Below, piece by piece: positions 19,544 through 28,385 of a stretch of DNA of 64,000 nucleotides. The notes under the pieces are model-generated. The model ran no database searches, was not told the origin of the DNA, and was given only the letters and a program-made list of their open reading frames with translations. A program made the translations under genes and the position numbers. The stretch lies in assembly GCA_026991135.1 (NCBI GenBank), contig JALXCD010000067.1, positions 532 through 64,531 of the forward strand, read 5' to 3'. The DNA comes from Deltaproteobacteria bacterium (lineage in GTDB: Bacteria; Desulfobacterota; Dissulfuribacteria; Dissulfuribacterales; QOAL01). Every line of letters begins with the position of its first letter. The first letter of the stretch is position 1.

Positions 19544-20732
19544 TTATTCCAAAAATTGCCATGAGCATGGAAAAGATTATCCCACCTATAACAATGCCCA
19601 TTAAGACTATTGTTATAGGTTCTAACATGGATAAAAAGACCTTAGTGTCTGACTGGATTTCTTCTTCAAAGTCGTCTGCTATCTTTAATAACATTTTGGC
19701 CAATGATCCTGTTTCTTCGCCAACAGAAACAAGGTGAATCATAAGAGAAGGGAATATGTTAGAGCGTTTCATCAAGAGGCTTAGGCTCTTGCCTTGCCTC
19801 ACTCCTGTGTAAAGCCTTTTTATTGCATCCTTTATCAGGGTGTTATTTACCACATCAGCGGAAAGGCTTATGCCTTTGAGAATGGGGATGCCACTTTCAA
19901 GAAGGGTTCCAAGAGTTCTTGAGAATCTGGATAGTTCCATCTTTTTTACAAAAGGACCTATCAAGGGAAGGGTTAGCTTCAGTCTATCAACGGTTTGTCT
20001 TCCCTCAGGGCGAGAAAGATAATATTTTAGTCCAAGGAAAAGGACTAGTATTAAGAGGAATCCAAGCCACCACCACTTCTGGAATAAAAGGCTCACGTCC
20101 AGGATCATCCTGGTCATAAAGGGCATTGGCTGATTGAGATCTTCAAAGATCTGTCCAAACTTTGGAACTACGAATATGACCAGTATTAATACGGACAAAA
20201 GGCCAACTGTTGCCAATATGGCAGGATAGATAGAGGAAGAGATAATAAATTTTTTAATTTGCCTTGTCCTTTCCAAAAATTCTCCAAGGCGCCTTAAGAC
20301 TGACGGCAAAACCCCTCCGAGCTCTCCCACCTTGACCATATTCACATAAAGGTTATCAAAAACGTCCCTATGTAAAGAAAGGGCCTCTGAAAGGGTTTTG
20401 CCACCATGGATGGCATCCTTTAATTCCTTTATGAGCGCTTTTAGCTCCTCTTTTTCCGAGGCGTCACAAAGAATTACAAGGCTTCTTTCAAGTGGAACCC
20501 CGGCCTCCAGAAGGTCCGCAAGCTCTGTGGTAAAGTAAAGTAGGTCATCCAGTCTAATGCGCTTTTTTCCAATTTCGAAGATGGCCTCAAATGAGTGCAG
20601 CTTTTTGATATAAATTGGCTGAAGACCCTTAGAGATGAGGTGGTCTATTACTTCCTTTTGGTTTTGAGCGCTTTTTGTCCCCTTAGTGCGCTTTCCCCTT
20701 TGATCAATAGCTTCAAAGGAAAAGTCAGGCAT
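19527..20732 (-). CDS. gspF: type II secretion inner-membrane platform protein GspF
   Basis: 401 aa with two T2SSF repeats ('LLEAGVPLERSL', 'LLESGIPILKGI'). Confidence 0.9.
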   Translation of the reverse strand: MPDFSFEAIDQRGKRTKGTKSAQNQKEVIDHLISKGLQPIYIKKLHSFEAIFEIGKKRIRLDDLLYFTTELADLLEAGVPLERSLVILCDASEKEELKALIKELKDAIHGGKTLSEALSLHRDVFDNLYVNMVKVGELGGVLPSVLRRLGEFLERTRQIKKFIISSSIYPAILATVGLLSVLILVIFVVPKFGQIFEDLNQPMPFMTRMILDVSLLFQKWWWLGFLLILVLFLGLKYYLSRPEGRQTVDRLKLTLPLIGPFVKKMELSRFSRTLGTLLESGIPILKGISLSADVVNNTLIKDAIKRLYTGVRQGKSLSLLMKRSNIFPSLMIHLVSVGEETGSLAKMLLKIADDFEEEIQSDTKVFLSMLEPITIVLMGIVIGGIIFSMLMAIFGINDVSF

Positions 20733-22357
20733 TAATTAGTTACCCTCATTACCTCTTCAAGGGTTGTGATACCGTTTGCCACCTTGAGGAGCCCATCTTG
20801 TCTTAAGGTCTTCATTCCGTTTTCTTGGGCCTTTTTAGAAATGGTGCTTGAATTTTCTCCATTTAAGATAAGGGCAGGTATGCCATCATTTACTTCCAGA
20901 AGTTCATAGATTCCTGTTCTTCCTGAATAGCCTGTATTTGCGCAACTTGGACAACCTTTCCCTCTCCATTGTCTAACCGGTATTTGATCTTTAGAAACTC
21001 CAAGGGCTGAAGCTGTTTCGTCAAGGAGACCTTCTGGGAGTAGATATTCCTCTTTGCAGTTAGGGCAAATTTTTCTAACAAGCCTCTGGGCCATGACCGC
21101 CAGGAGACATGATGAAATAAGATATGGCTCTATCCCCATTTCTTCAAGTCTTGTAATGGCGCTTGCAGCATCATTTGTGTGAAGGGTAGAGAAAACCAAG
21201 TGGCCAGTAAGGGCAGACTGAACTGCAATTTCTGCTGTTTCGCTGTCTCTTATCTCTCCAATAAGTATGATGTCCGGATCCTGTCTTAGGATTGTCCTCA
21301 AGGCAGATGCAAAGGTAAGGCCAATGTTTGATTTTACCTGTATCTGGTTTATTCCCTCAAGCTGGTATTCAACCGGGTCCTCAACGGTCACGATCTTTTT
21401 TTCCGGACTGTTTATGCGGTTCATTACGCTATAAAGCGTAGTGGTTTTACCGCTTCCTGTTGGTCCTGTCACAAGAATCATTCCATAGGGACGTCTTATT
21501 AGATAGTCGAATTTCTCTAAAACCTTTGGTGTTATTCCCAGGGATTCAAGCTCAAGCTTTACTTCTTCCCTGTTTAAAAGTCTTAGGACAATGCTTTCTC
21601 CAAAGATGGTAGGAAGGGATGAGACCCTGATGTCAATCTCCCTTCTCCCATCCTTTACCTTTATCCTTCCGTCTTGAGGTAGCCTCATCTCGGCAATATT
21701 CATCTTTGCCATGAGTTTAAGGCGTGATGTGATGGCAGGCTGAAGCTTTTTTGATACAGTCTCGATGTCGTGAAGGACCCCATCTATCCTGTACCTAATT
21801 TTTAAATGGTCTCTAAAGGGCTCAAAATGGATATCAGAGGCCCTTACCTCAAGGGCCTGGTTTATAACATGATTTACAAGCCTCACAACCGGCGCTTCAG
21901 TAGCAAGGTCTCTTAATTGTTCAGGGTCATCCCAGAGCCCTTCATCCATGGAGGATTCTGTCTCTTCTTCGTTTGCCTCCATGTCAGTTTCTGCCTCGTA
22001 CCATCGATAAATAGTTGACAGTATGTCTTCTTCAGAGGCTCTAAGAGGCTCAACCCTTCTTTGGTAAACATCTTCCAAAAGTTCAACTAGATAGAGGTCT
22101 GAAGGGTCTGACATAGCAACAATTATTTTGTCATCTGCAACCTCAAGGGGTAAAATTTTCCATTGCTGCATCTGTTGAGGTGTAAGACCATTGACTATTG
22201 GGGGTTTTTCAGGAAAATCATGGGCGTCAATGGTCCTGAACTTTGAAAGGATACCATCATTATCCCTGTTTTCAGGGTCATCCTTTGGCTGGTTTTTATT
22301 TTCTTGATTTCCCTTTAAAAAAAGGCCTAGCTTGTTGCTAATATCCAGTAATGGCAT
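20732..22357 (-). CDS. gspE: type II secretion ATPase GspE
   Basis: N-terminal T2SSE_N domain, Walker A 'GPTGSGKTTT', 'ILIGEIRD', a His box, and a tetracysteine motif (CPNC...CPSC). Confidence 0.9.
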   Translation of the reverse strand: MPLLDISNKLGLFLKGNQENKNQPKDDPENRDNDGILSKFRTIDAHDFPEKPPIVNGLTPQQMQQWKILPLEVADDKIIVAMSDPSDLYLVELLEDVYQRRVEPLRASEEDILSTIYRWYEAETDMEANEEETESSMDEGLWDDPEQLRDLATEAPVVRLVNHVINQALEVRASDIHFEPFRDHLKIRYRIDGVLHDIETVSKKLQPAITSRLKLMAKMNIAEMRLPQDGRIKVKDGRREIDIRVSSLPTIFGESIVLRLLNREEVKLELESLGITPKVLEKFDYLIRRPYGMILVTGPTGSGKTTTLYSVMNRINSPEKKIVTVEDPVEYQLEGINQIQVKSNIGLTFASALRTILRQDPDIILIGEIRDSETAEIAVQSALTGHLVFSTLHTNDAASAITRLEEMGIEPYLISSCLLAVMAQRLVRKICPNCKEEYLLPEGLLDETASALGVSKDQIPVRQWRGKGCPSCANTGYSGRTGIYELLEVNDGIPALILNGENSSTISKKAQENGMKTLRQDGLLKVANGITTLEEVMRVTN

Positions 22358-22359
22358 TG

Positions 22360-22797
22360 CTATTTCCAGCTAACAATATCAGCATCCTCTCCTTCTCCGC
22401 CTTCTTGGCCGTCTCTTCCATAACTGTAAAGATCATACTCCCCATGTTCACCTGGACTCTTATAAACATAATCTCTTCCCCAAGGGTCCTTTGGTACAGG
22501 CTTTGGAAGATATGGGCCAGACCAGTTTGGAAGATCATCGGGTTTTTCCCGAAGCGCTTGAAGTCCTTCTTCAGTGGTAGGGTATCGACCGTTATCAAGT
22601 CTAAATTCATCAAGTGCCTGTCCCAAAAGTTCAATTTGGGCTTTGGCAGTTTTTTGTTTGCTTGCGCTCAGTTTTTTGAAAAATTTTGGTGCCACCAAGG
22701 AGGCCAAAAGCCCAATAATTATGACGACTACCAATAATTCTATTAAGGTGAACCCTTTTTTATTTAACACTTTATTCTTTTGTCGCTTCTTAAGCAT
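22360..22797 (-). CDS. gspG: type II secretion major pseudopilin GspG
   Basis: 'KG/FTLIELLVVVIIIGLLA' and the conserved GspG body 'DPWGRDYVYKSPGEHGEYDLYSYGRDG'. Confidence 0.9.
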   Translation of the reverse strand: MLKKRQKNKVLNKKGFTLIELLVVVIIIGLLASLVAPKFFKKLSASKQKTAKAQIELLGQALDEFRLDNGRYPTTEEGLQALREKPDDLPNWSGPYLPKPVPKDPWGRDYVYKSPGEHGEYDLYSYGRDGQEGGEGEDADIVSWK

Positions 22798-22912
22798 TAG
22801 TTTTCTCCAATGTTAGATTTTTCTAAGACTTATAAATTTTAAACAAATATAACATAAATCAAAAATGGTGCATACCCAGATAAAAAATTACCCTTGATGA
22901 ATTTAAAAAATA

Positions 22913-22931
22913 ATTGAATCATCATTCATTT
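22913..22931. promoter_or_regulatory. candidate operator, copy 1 of a perfect 19-bp repeat (ATTGAATCATCATTCATTT) containing the palindrome TGAAT-N4-ATTCA
   Basis: Identical to 23071..23089. It ends 5 bp upstream of a TTGACT -35-like hexamer. Confidence 0.45.
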
Positions 22932-22935
22932 TTTC

Positions 22936-22964
22936 TTGACTTTCCTATTTTAAAGTGATATTTT
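22936..22964 (+). promoter_or_regulatory. candidate sigma70-type promoter for the nuo operon
   Basis: TTGACT (22936-22941), a 17-bp spacer, then TATTTT (22959-22964). Hand-identified in an AT-rich region, so weak. Confidence 0.3.
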
Positions 22965-23070
22965 TCACGTAGCTTAATTTAAAAAACATAATATTTTTCG
23001 CAACTTTTAGGGTTCGTTTTATTTTGCTGCCAAAAATTTTAGTTGATTTGCTGGGCAGTTTGTGATAGAC

Positions 23071-23089
23071 ATTGAATCATCATTCATTT
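23071..23089. promoter_or_regulatory. candidate operator, copy 2 of the 19-bp repeat, in the nuoA leader
   Basis: Identical 19-mer lying 158 bp downstream of copy 1. It is followed by a small hairpin CAGCC-cttc-GGCTG (23090-23103) and the SD GAGGAGG. Confidence 0.45.
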
Positions 23090-23119
23090 CAGCCCTTCGG
23101 CTGAGAGAGGAGGAAGGGC

Positions 23120-23485
23120 ATGATGAGCGGTTTTGAAACCATCGTCATGTATCTTGGGATGTCATTGCTAGTTGTGCTGGCAATGATTGGTGTTTCGGCT
23201 GCCCTCGGTCCATTCAGGCCAAAGCCAAGAAAGGCTACCACCTATGAATGTGGTGTTCCGCTTCTTGATCCTGCAGAAAAAAGATATGATGTAAAATATT
23301 ATCTTGTTGCTGTCCTCTTTCTCGTCTTCGATCTTGAAACAGTTCTTATTTATCCCATAGCTGTCAGGTACAAGGTCCTTGCTTATATAGGATGGGGAGT
23401 GTTTTTTGAGGTTTTTATATTTGTGGCCGTGTTGCTGGCAGGTCTGTTATATGCAATTAAGAAACGCGCCATTGAATGGGAGTAG
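23120..23485 (+). CDS. nuoA: NADH-quinone oxidoreductase subunit A
   Basis: 121 aa, 3 TM helices, 'YECGVP' and 'FLVFDLE' motifs. First gene of the nuo cluster. Confidence 0.9.
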   Translation: MMSGFETIVMYLGMSLLVVLAMIGVSAALGPFRPKPRKATTYECGVPLLDPAEKRYDVKYYLVAVLFLVFDLETVLIYPIAVRYKVLAYIGWGVFFEVFIFVAVLLAGLLYAIKKRAIEWE

Positions 23486-23494
23486 GAGGCATTT

Positions 23495-23995
23495 ATGGGT
23501 CTTCAGGCATATACCGGCCCCGGATGGCTTTTGACTAAAGCTGAACAGCTTATAAATTGGGGAAGGAGTAGATCTCCTTGGCCCCTTCCTTACGGAACAG
23601 CCTGTTGTGGCATTGAGATGATGTGTGCCCTGGCGGCATCCTATGATATGGCACGGTTTGGTGCAGAGCGCCCAAGTTTTTCGCCACGTCAGGCGGATGT
23701 TCTAATTGAAGCCGGAACAATTACAAAAAAAATGGTACCTGTTTTAAGGCGCATTTACGATCAGATGGCAGAGCCCAAGTGGGTAATTGCAATGGGGGCC
23801 TGTGCCTGTACCGGGGGTGTCTTTCGCACTTACTCCACACACCAGGGAATCAGTGACGTGATACCCGTGGATGTTTATATACCTGGCTGTCCACCAAGGC
23901 CTGAGGGCCTTTTGTATGCACTTCTTAAGTTGATGGACAAGATACAAAAAGATCATCCACTGCGTAAGCAGGTGGTTGAGGCATTGGGGGGCTAG
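23495..23995 (+). CDS. nuoB: NADH-quinone oxidoreductase subunit B
   Basis: N2 cluster ligands 'GTACCGIEM', 'GACACTGG' and 'IPGCPPRPE'. Confidence 0.95.
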   Translation: MGLQAYTGPGWLLTKAEQLINWGRSRSPWPLPYGTACCGIEMMCALAASYDMARFGAERPSFSPRQADVLIEAGTITKKMVPVLRRIYDQMAEPKWVIAMGACACTGGVFRTYSTHQGISDVIPVDVYIPGCPPRPEGLLYALLKLMDKIQKDHPLRKQVVEALGG

Positions 23996-23997
23996 AG

Positions 23998-24567
23998 ATG
24001 GGCCTCAAGGAAAAAGTTCAAGACCTTCTTGGCAACGATATCCTCGATATTGTGGAGTATAGGGGGGACTTAACTATTGAAGTCCCGAAATCCAAAAATG
24101 TTAAAGTTCTTAAGGCTTTGAAGGAGGTAGAGGGTCTTCAATTTGATTTTTTGGTGGATATTGTAGGGGTAGATAATTCTGCCCTCTATGAAAAAAAGAA
24201 GGCCAAGAAGAAAAAGCCAAAGGGGGATGAGGAGGCAGAGGAAAAAGAACCTGTAAAAGAGGGGCCGCCTCCGCCAAGGTTTGAGGTGGTCTATTTGCTT
24301 TTGGCCTTAAGTACTAATGAAAGATTAAGGGTGAAAATAAGGGTTTCAGAGGATGATCTTGAGGTAGATTCAATAACAGGTCTTTGGCGTGGTGCAAACT
24401 GGCCTGAACGTGAGGTCTATGACATGTTCGGTATCAGGTTTAAGGGTCATCCAAATCTCAAGAGACTTCTTATGTGGGAGGGTTTTCCTGCTCATCCTCT
24501 CAGGAAGGATTATCCCCTTGAGGGACAGGGTGAGCAGAGAGACTTTGATGATTGCAGATTCTTCTAA
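23998..24567 (+). CDS. nuoC: NADH-quinone oxidoreductase subunit C (with an internal Lys/Glu-rich insertion)
   Basis: 'ANWPEREVYDMFGIRFKGHP' is the NuoC signature. The insertion 'EKKKAKKKKPKGDEEAEEKEPVKEGPPPP' lies at about 24190-24276. Confidence 0.9.
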   Translation: MGLKEKVQDLLGNDILDIVEYRGDLTIEVPKSKNVKVLKALKEVEGLQFDFLVDIVGVDNSALYEKKKAKKKKPKGDEEAEEKEPVKEGPPPPRFEVVYLLLALSTNERLRVKIRVSEDDLEVDSITGLWRGANWPEREVYDMFGIRFKGHPNLKRLLMWEGFPAHPLRKDYPLEGQGEQRDFDDCRFF

Positions 24568-24621
24568 GTAGGAAATTTCAATAGACCGGTCTTTATTAAA
24601 TGCCACCTGAGGAGGGATGTT

Positions 24622-25752
24622 GTGGCAAAAAATAATAATGCCCCTATTACTGGCGATTATGTAACCATAAACATCGGTCCGTCCCACCCTGCAATGCATG
24701 GTACACTTAGGGTGGTATGTAAAACCGATGGTGAAACCATTGTAGAGGCCATTCCAGAAATCGGCTACCTCCATAGGGGGGTAGAAAAGCTTGGAGAAAA
24801 TCTTACCTATCACCAGTTTATTCCAATTACAGATAGGCTCAACTATTGTAGCGCAATTGCAAATAATGTTGCCTATGAAAAGGCCGTAGAGAAACTTTTA
24901 GGCATTGAAATACCGGAAAAGGCCAAGCTCATTCGAGTTATAATGAAAGAGCTTGCGAGGATCGCTGACCATCAGGTCTGTGTAGGTATCCTTGGGGTGG
25001 ACCTTGGGGCATTTACTCCATTTTTTTATCTTATCATTCAGCGTGAAGAGATATACGACATATTTGAGTGGTACAATGGGGCACGTTTGACCAACACGTT
25101 TGGAAGAATTGGTGGAGTAAACGCTGATTTACCGGAAATTTTTCATACCAAATGGCCAAAACTTAAGGATACTATTCGAAAGGCAAATGACGAGACGGAT
25201 AAGCTCCTTACCCATAATCGCATCTGGATGGATAGGACCATAGGAGTCAATCCCTTTTCTCCTGAAGATGCCCTTGAGTATGGCTTTACAGGCCCGTGTT
25301 TAAGGGCAACTGGCGTTAAAAGAGATCTTAGGAAGGACGAGCCCTATTATTTCTATAATCAGTTTGATTTTGAAGTCCCAGTTGGAAAACATGGGGACGT
25401 ATTCGATAGGTACTATGTCCGCCTCATTGAAATGGAAGAGTCTATTAAGATAATTGATCAGGCCTATACTATGTATAAGGAACTACCGCCAGATGCTCCG
25501 CTTATGGCAAAGGTTCCAAAGATTATAAAGCCACCTGAAGGAGAGATATATTCTGCCATTGAATCCCCCAACGGGGAGCTAGGTTTTTTTATAAAGAGCG
25601 ATGGAACTGATAAGCCCTATAGAATAAAAATTAGACCCCCATGTTATATGGTTTATCAGGCCTTTCCAGAACTCGTCAAAGGGGAGATGATAGCTGACAC
25701 AATTGCCTGTTTGAGCAGCCTTAACATTATTGCGGGCGAGCTTGACAGGTAA
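24622..25752 (+). CDS. nuoD: NADH-quinone oxidoreductase subunit D
   Basis: GTG start after the SD GGAGGG. 'GPSHPAMHGTLR' and 'GYLHRGVEKL' motifs. Confidence 0.95.
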   Translation: MAKNNNAPITGDYVTINIGPSHPAMHGTLRVVCKTDGETIVEAIPEIGYLHRGVEKLGENLTYHQFIPITDRLNYCSAIANNVAYEKAVEKLLGIEIPEKAKLIRVIMKELARIADHQVCVGILGVDLGAFTPFFYLIIQREEIYDIFEWYNGARLTNTFGRIGGVNADLPEIFHTKWPKLKDTIRKANDETDKLLTHNRIWMDRTIGVNPFSPEDALEYGFTGPCLRATGVKRDLRKDEPYYFYNQFDFEVPVGKHGDVFDRYYVRLIEMEESIKIIDQAYTMYKELPPDAPLMAKVPKIIKPPEGEIYSAIESPNGELGFFIKSDGTDKPYRIKIRPPCYMVYQAFPELVKGEMIADTIACLSSLNIIAGELDR

Positions 25753-25764
25753 GGAGGCAACCTT

Positions 25765-26805
25765 ATGGACAATTGGGTTATTGCACTAATAAAGGTTGTA
25801 TTTATTTGGACATGGACACTTTTAATTGCAACCTTGATGACATGGGTTGAACGTAGGGGCTCTGCCATGATGCAAGATAGGCTTGGCCCAAACAGAGCAG
25901 GCCCTTTTGGTCTATTTCAGCCCCTGGCCGATGGTATAAAGCTCTTTACTAAGGAGGATATTATCCCAGAAAAGGCCCATAAGATACTCTTCAGTCTTGG
26001 TCCTATTTTATTTGCGCTTCCAGCCTTTTCTGCCTATGCAGTAATACCCTTTGGCGACAAGCTCGTAGTAAATGGGAAGGAAATAATCCTTCAGGTTGCC
26101 GATGTAAATGTAGGTTTCCTATATGTAGTGGCCCTGGGGGCCATGGCCGTTTATGGCATAGTCCTTGGAGGCTGGGGTTCCAACAATAAATATTCCATCT
26201 TGGGCGGGCTTCGTTCAACTGCCCAGCTTATTTCCTATGAGGTTCCGTTTGGTCTGTCTCTGCTGGCAGTCGTTCTCGTCTACGGCACATTCAGTCTTAG
26301 AGAGATTTCCTTGGCCCAGCAAGGAACCTTCCTTGGCTTTTTGCCCAACTGGGGAATATTCAAGCAGCCTCTAGGGTTTATCCTTTTCATAGTAACTGCT
26401 TATGCTGAAGCCAACAGGGTACCCTTTGACCTTCCCGAGGCAGAAAGTGAAATTGTTGCTGGATATCATACTGAATACGGTTCCATGAGGCTTGGTCTTT
26501 ATCTTTTCGGCGAATATGTGAACATGTACACCTTGGCTGCACTCATGGTCACCCTCTATTTCGGTGCCTGGCATTTGCCATACATCGATATGAGTAAGTT
26601 CCTTGGGCCAGTTTCCTATGGAATAGCAAGTTTCTTGGTCTTTTTTCTAAAGACAGCCTTTTTCCTGTGGCTGTTTGTTTGGGTCCGTTGGACAGTGCCA
26701 AGGTTCAGGTATGATCAGGTTATGGGGTTGGGTTGGAAGGCCCTTATACCCCTGGCTTTGGTGAATCTCTTTATAACTGCCCTTTGTATTCAGTTAACAG
26801 TTTAG
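25765..26805 (+). CDS. nuoH: NADH-quinone oxidoreductase subunit H
   Basis: 'ERRGSAMMQDRLGPNRAGPFGLFQPLADGIKL' and 'NRVPFDLPEAESEIVAGYHTEY'. Confidence 0.95.
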   Translation: MDNWVIALIKVVFIWTWTLLIATLMTWVERRGSAMMQDRLGPNRAGPFGLFQPLADGIKLFTKEDIIPEKAHKILFSLGPILFALPAFSAYAVIPFGDKLVVNGKEIILQVADVNVGFLYVVALGAMAVYGIVLGGWGSNNKYSILGGLRSTAQLISYEVPFGLSLLAVVLVYGTFSLREISLAQQGTFLGFLPNWGIFKQPLGFILFIVTAYAEANRVPFDLPEAESEIVAGYHTEYGSMRLGLYLFGEYVNMYTLAALMVTLYFGAWHLPYIDMSKFLGPVSYGIASFLVFFLKTAFFLWLFVWVRWTVPRFRYDQVMGLGWKALIPLALVNLFITALCIQLTV

Positions 26806-26818
26806 GCTGGAGCAGATT

Positions 26819-27517
26819 ATGGCAAAACCAGTAGTCAAAAAAGAATATACCTTCCTAGAAAGGATTTATCTCTGGGAGATCGTTAAGGGGCTAAAACTTA
26901 CCTTCAAGCATTTTACCTTTAATTTTAAAGAATCCTTGAAAAAGGGTCCTCATACGGTTCCTACTTGTTGGCAATATCCTGAAGACAGGCGACCAATTGC
27001 CCCTGTTTTCAGGGGTGCCCACATGCTTTGCCTAGACGATGAAGGCCGTGAGCTCTGTGTTGGTTGCGGGATGTGTGCCCGTGCTTGCCCTGCAAAGTGC
27101 ATAACAGTAAAGCGTGGTAAACCTGCTGAAGGTGAAGAGGGCAAATACGCTGGAAAGACAATGAGCACTGAATTTACTATAGACATGCTTCGTTGCATCT
27201 TCTGTGGATTTTGTGAAGAGGCCTGTCCAAAGGGTGCAATTCAGCTCGGTCAGGAATACGAGCTTGCTGAATATACAATGGATGCCTGCATTTATGATAA
27301 AGAGCGACTTCTGGCCAATTTTCAAAAGGCCAAGGCAGAAGGAAAGCTCAAACCGCCCAAAAAGCCCGTTCCAGTTGCAGAGGGAGACAAAAAGGCTGCT
27401 GCAAAAAAGGCTGCTCAAAAGCCAGCGGGTAAAGAAGCTACAAAGTCCAAAAAGGCTACTTCAAAGCCACAGGCTGAGGAAAAGAAGGCGTCAGAGTCCA
27501 AAGGGGAAGAAACTTAA
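26819..27517 (+). CDS. nuoI: NADH-quinone oxidoreductase subunit I (with a roughly 60-aa Lys/Ala/Pro-rich C-terminal tail)
   Basis: Two 4Fe-4S motifs, 'CVGCGMCARACP' and 'CIFCGFCEEACP'. The tail lies at about 27329-27514. Confidence 0.9.
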   Translation: MAKPVVKKEYTFLERIYLWEIVKGLKLTFKHFTFNFKESLKKGPHTVPTCWQYPEDRRPIAPVFRGAHMLCLDDEGRELCVGCGMCARACPAKCITVKRGKPAEGEEGKYAGKTMSTEFTIDMLRCIFCGFCEEACPKGAIQLGQEYELAEYTMDACIYDKERLLANFQKAKAEGKLKPPKKPVPVAEGDKKAAAKKAAQKPAGKEATKSKKATSKPQAEEKKASESKGEET

Positions 27518-27555
27518 GGCAACCTAGGAAAGTTAGTTTTACCAGGGAGAGGTCA

Positions 27556-28053
27556 ATGGATATCTATTTTATAATCTTTGCAATAATGGCACTAGGCGGC
27601 GCACTTTTTACCATTACTGCCAAGGACGCACTTCCAAGTGCCCTTGGTCTGTTAACAGTATTTATTGCCCTTTCTGCCCTTTATTTGCACCTACATGCGC
27701 CTCTTATAGCCATTTTTCAGGTGACCATCTATGCAGGTGCCATATTGGTACTGGTGGTTTTTGTGATCATGCTTCTTATGACCCCAGATGAAAAGCTAGA
27801 GGCAGCACAAAAAAATATGGCCTATCGCATTATGGGGGCAGTTCTTGGTGCATATCTTACAGCTCTGACAGTTGTTGGAGTCAAAGGTATAAGCGAGTTA
27901 ATTTCCGCAAATGAGTTGCCAGAAGGCTTTGGCCATCCTGGGCTTTTAGGAGATTTATTTTTCAAAAAATACCTGCTTCATTTTGAGATGGCATCGGTCT
28001 TACTCCTGGTGGCCTTAATAGCAGGTATTTATCTGGCCAAAAAGAGGATTTGA
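27556..28053 (+). CDS. nuoJ: NADH-quinone oxidoreductase subunit J
   Basis: 165 aa, 5 TM helices, between nuoI and nuoK. Confidence 0.85.
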   Translation: MDIYFIIFAIMALGGALFTITAKDALPSALGLLTVFIALSALYLHLHAPLIAIFQVTIYAGAILVLVVFVIMLLMTPDEKLEAAQKNMAYRIMGAVLGAYLTALTVVGVKGISELISANELPEGFGHPGLLGDLFFKKYLLHFEMASVLLLVALIAGIYLAKKRI

Positions 28054-28358
28054 TGGGGGCCATTATGGATCAATATGTGATACTTTCCTGTCTGCTTTTT
28101 GGAATTGGGGCAATAGGTTTTTTAACCCGTCGAAATGCCCTGATTTTATTCATGTCCGTTGAGTTAATGCTAAATGCCATAAATTTGATGCTAGTTAGTT
28201 TCTCCCATCAAAGGGCTGATATGTCCGGGCAGGTAATGGTTCTGTTCATATTTGCCGTTGCCGCCGCGGAAGTAGCGGTTGGTCTGGCTATATTGATTAG
28301 CTTATTTAAGCATATAAAGTCTGTAGATATAAACAAATTCAATCTACTTAAATGGTGA
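28053..28358 (+). CDS. nuoK: NADH-quinone oxidoreductase subunit K
   Basis: About 100 aa, 3 TM helices. 'MSVELMLNAINL' and 'AAAEVAVGLAIL' carry the conserved Glu residues. The ATG overlaps the nuoJ stop (TGATG); the alternative Met is at 28065. Confidence 0.9.
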   Translation: MGAIMDQYVILSCLLFGIGAIGFLTRRNALILFMSVELMLNAINLMLVSFSHQRADMSGQVMVLFIFAVAAAEVAVGLAILISLFKHIKSVDINKFNLLKW

Positions 28359-28385
28359 TTGGGTAAAAGGGAAAAGGGATAAGAC

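Noticed and set aside
12621-22797. Interpreting the pilin/secretin cluster as a type IVa pilus system
   Set aside because: The GspG-type major pseudopilin body, a GspK-like minor pseudopilin, a single ATPase with no PilT retraction ATPase, and the H-I-J-K set all fit a T2SS better. Formal classification still needs profile models.
22913-23089. Assigning the 19-bp repeat to the Rex, Fur or CRP/FNR regulons
   Set aside because: The TGAAT-N4-ATTCA arms do not match Rex (TGTGAA..TTCACA), the Fur 7-1-7 / 19-bp box or TTGAT-N4-ATCAA well enough by eye. The regulator is left unassigned.
27204-27527. 107-aa Lys/Arg-rich ORF in an alternative frame of the nuoI 3' region
   Set aside because: It is a product of the repetitive AAG/GCT-rich sequence that encodes the NuoI tail. 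The NuoI frame is continuous from its Fe-S motifs, so the tail is assigned to NuoI.
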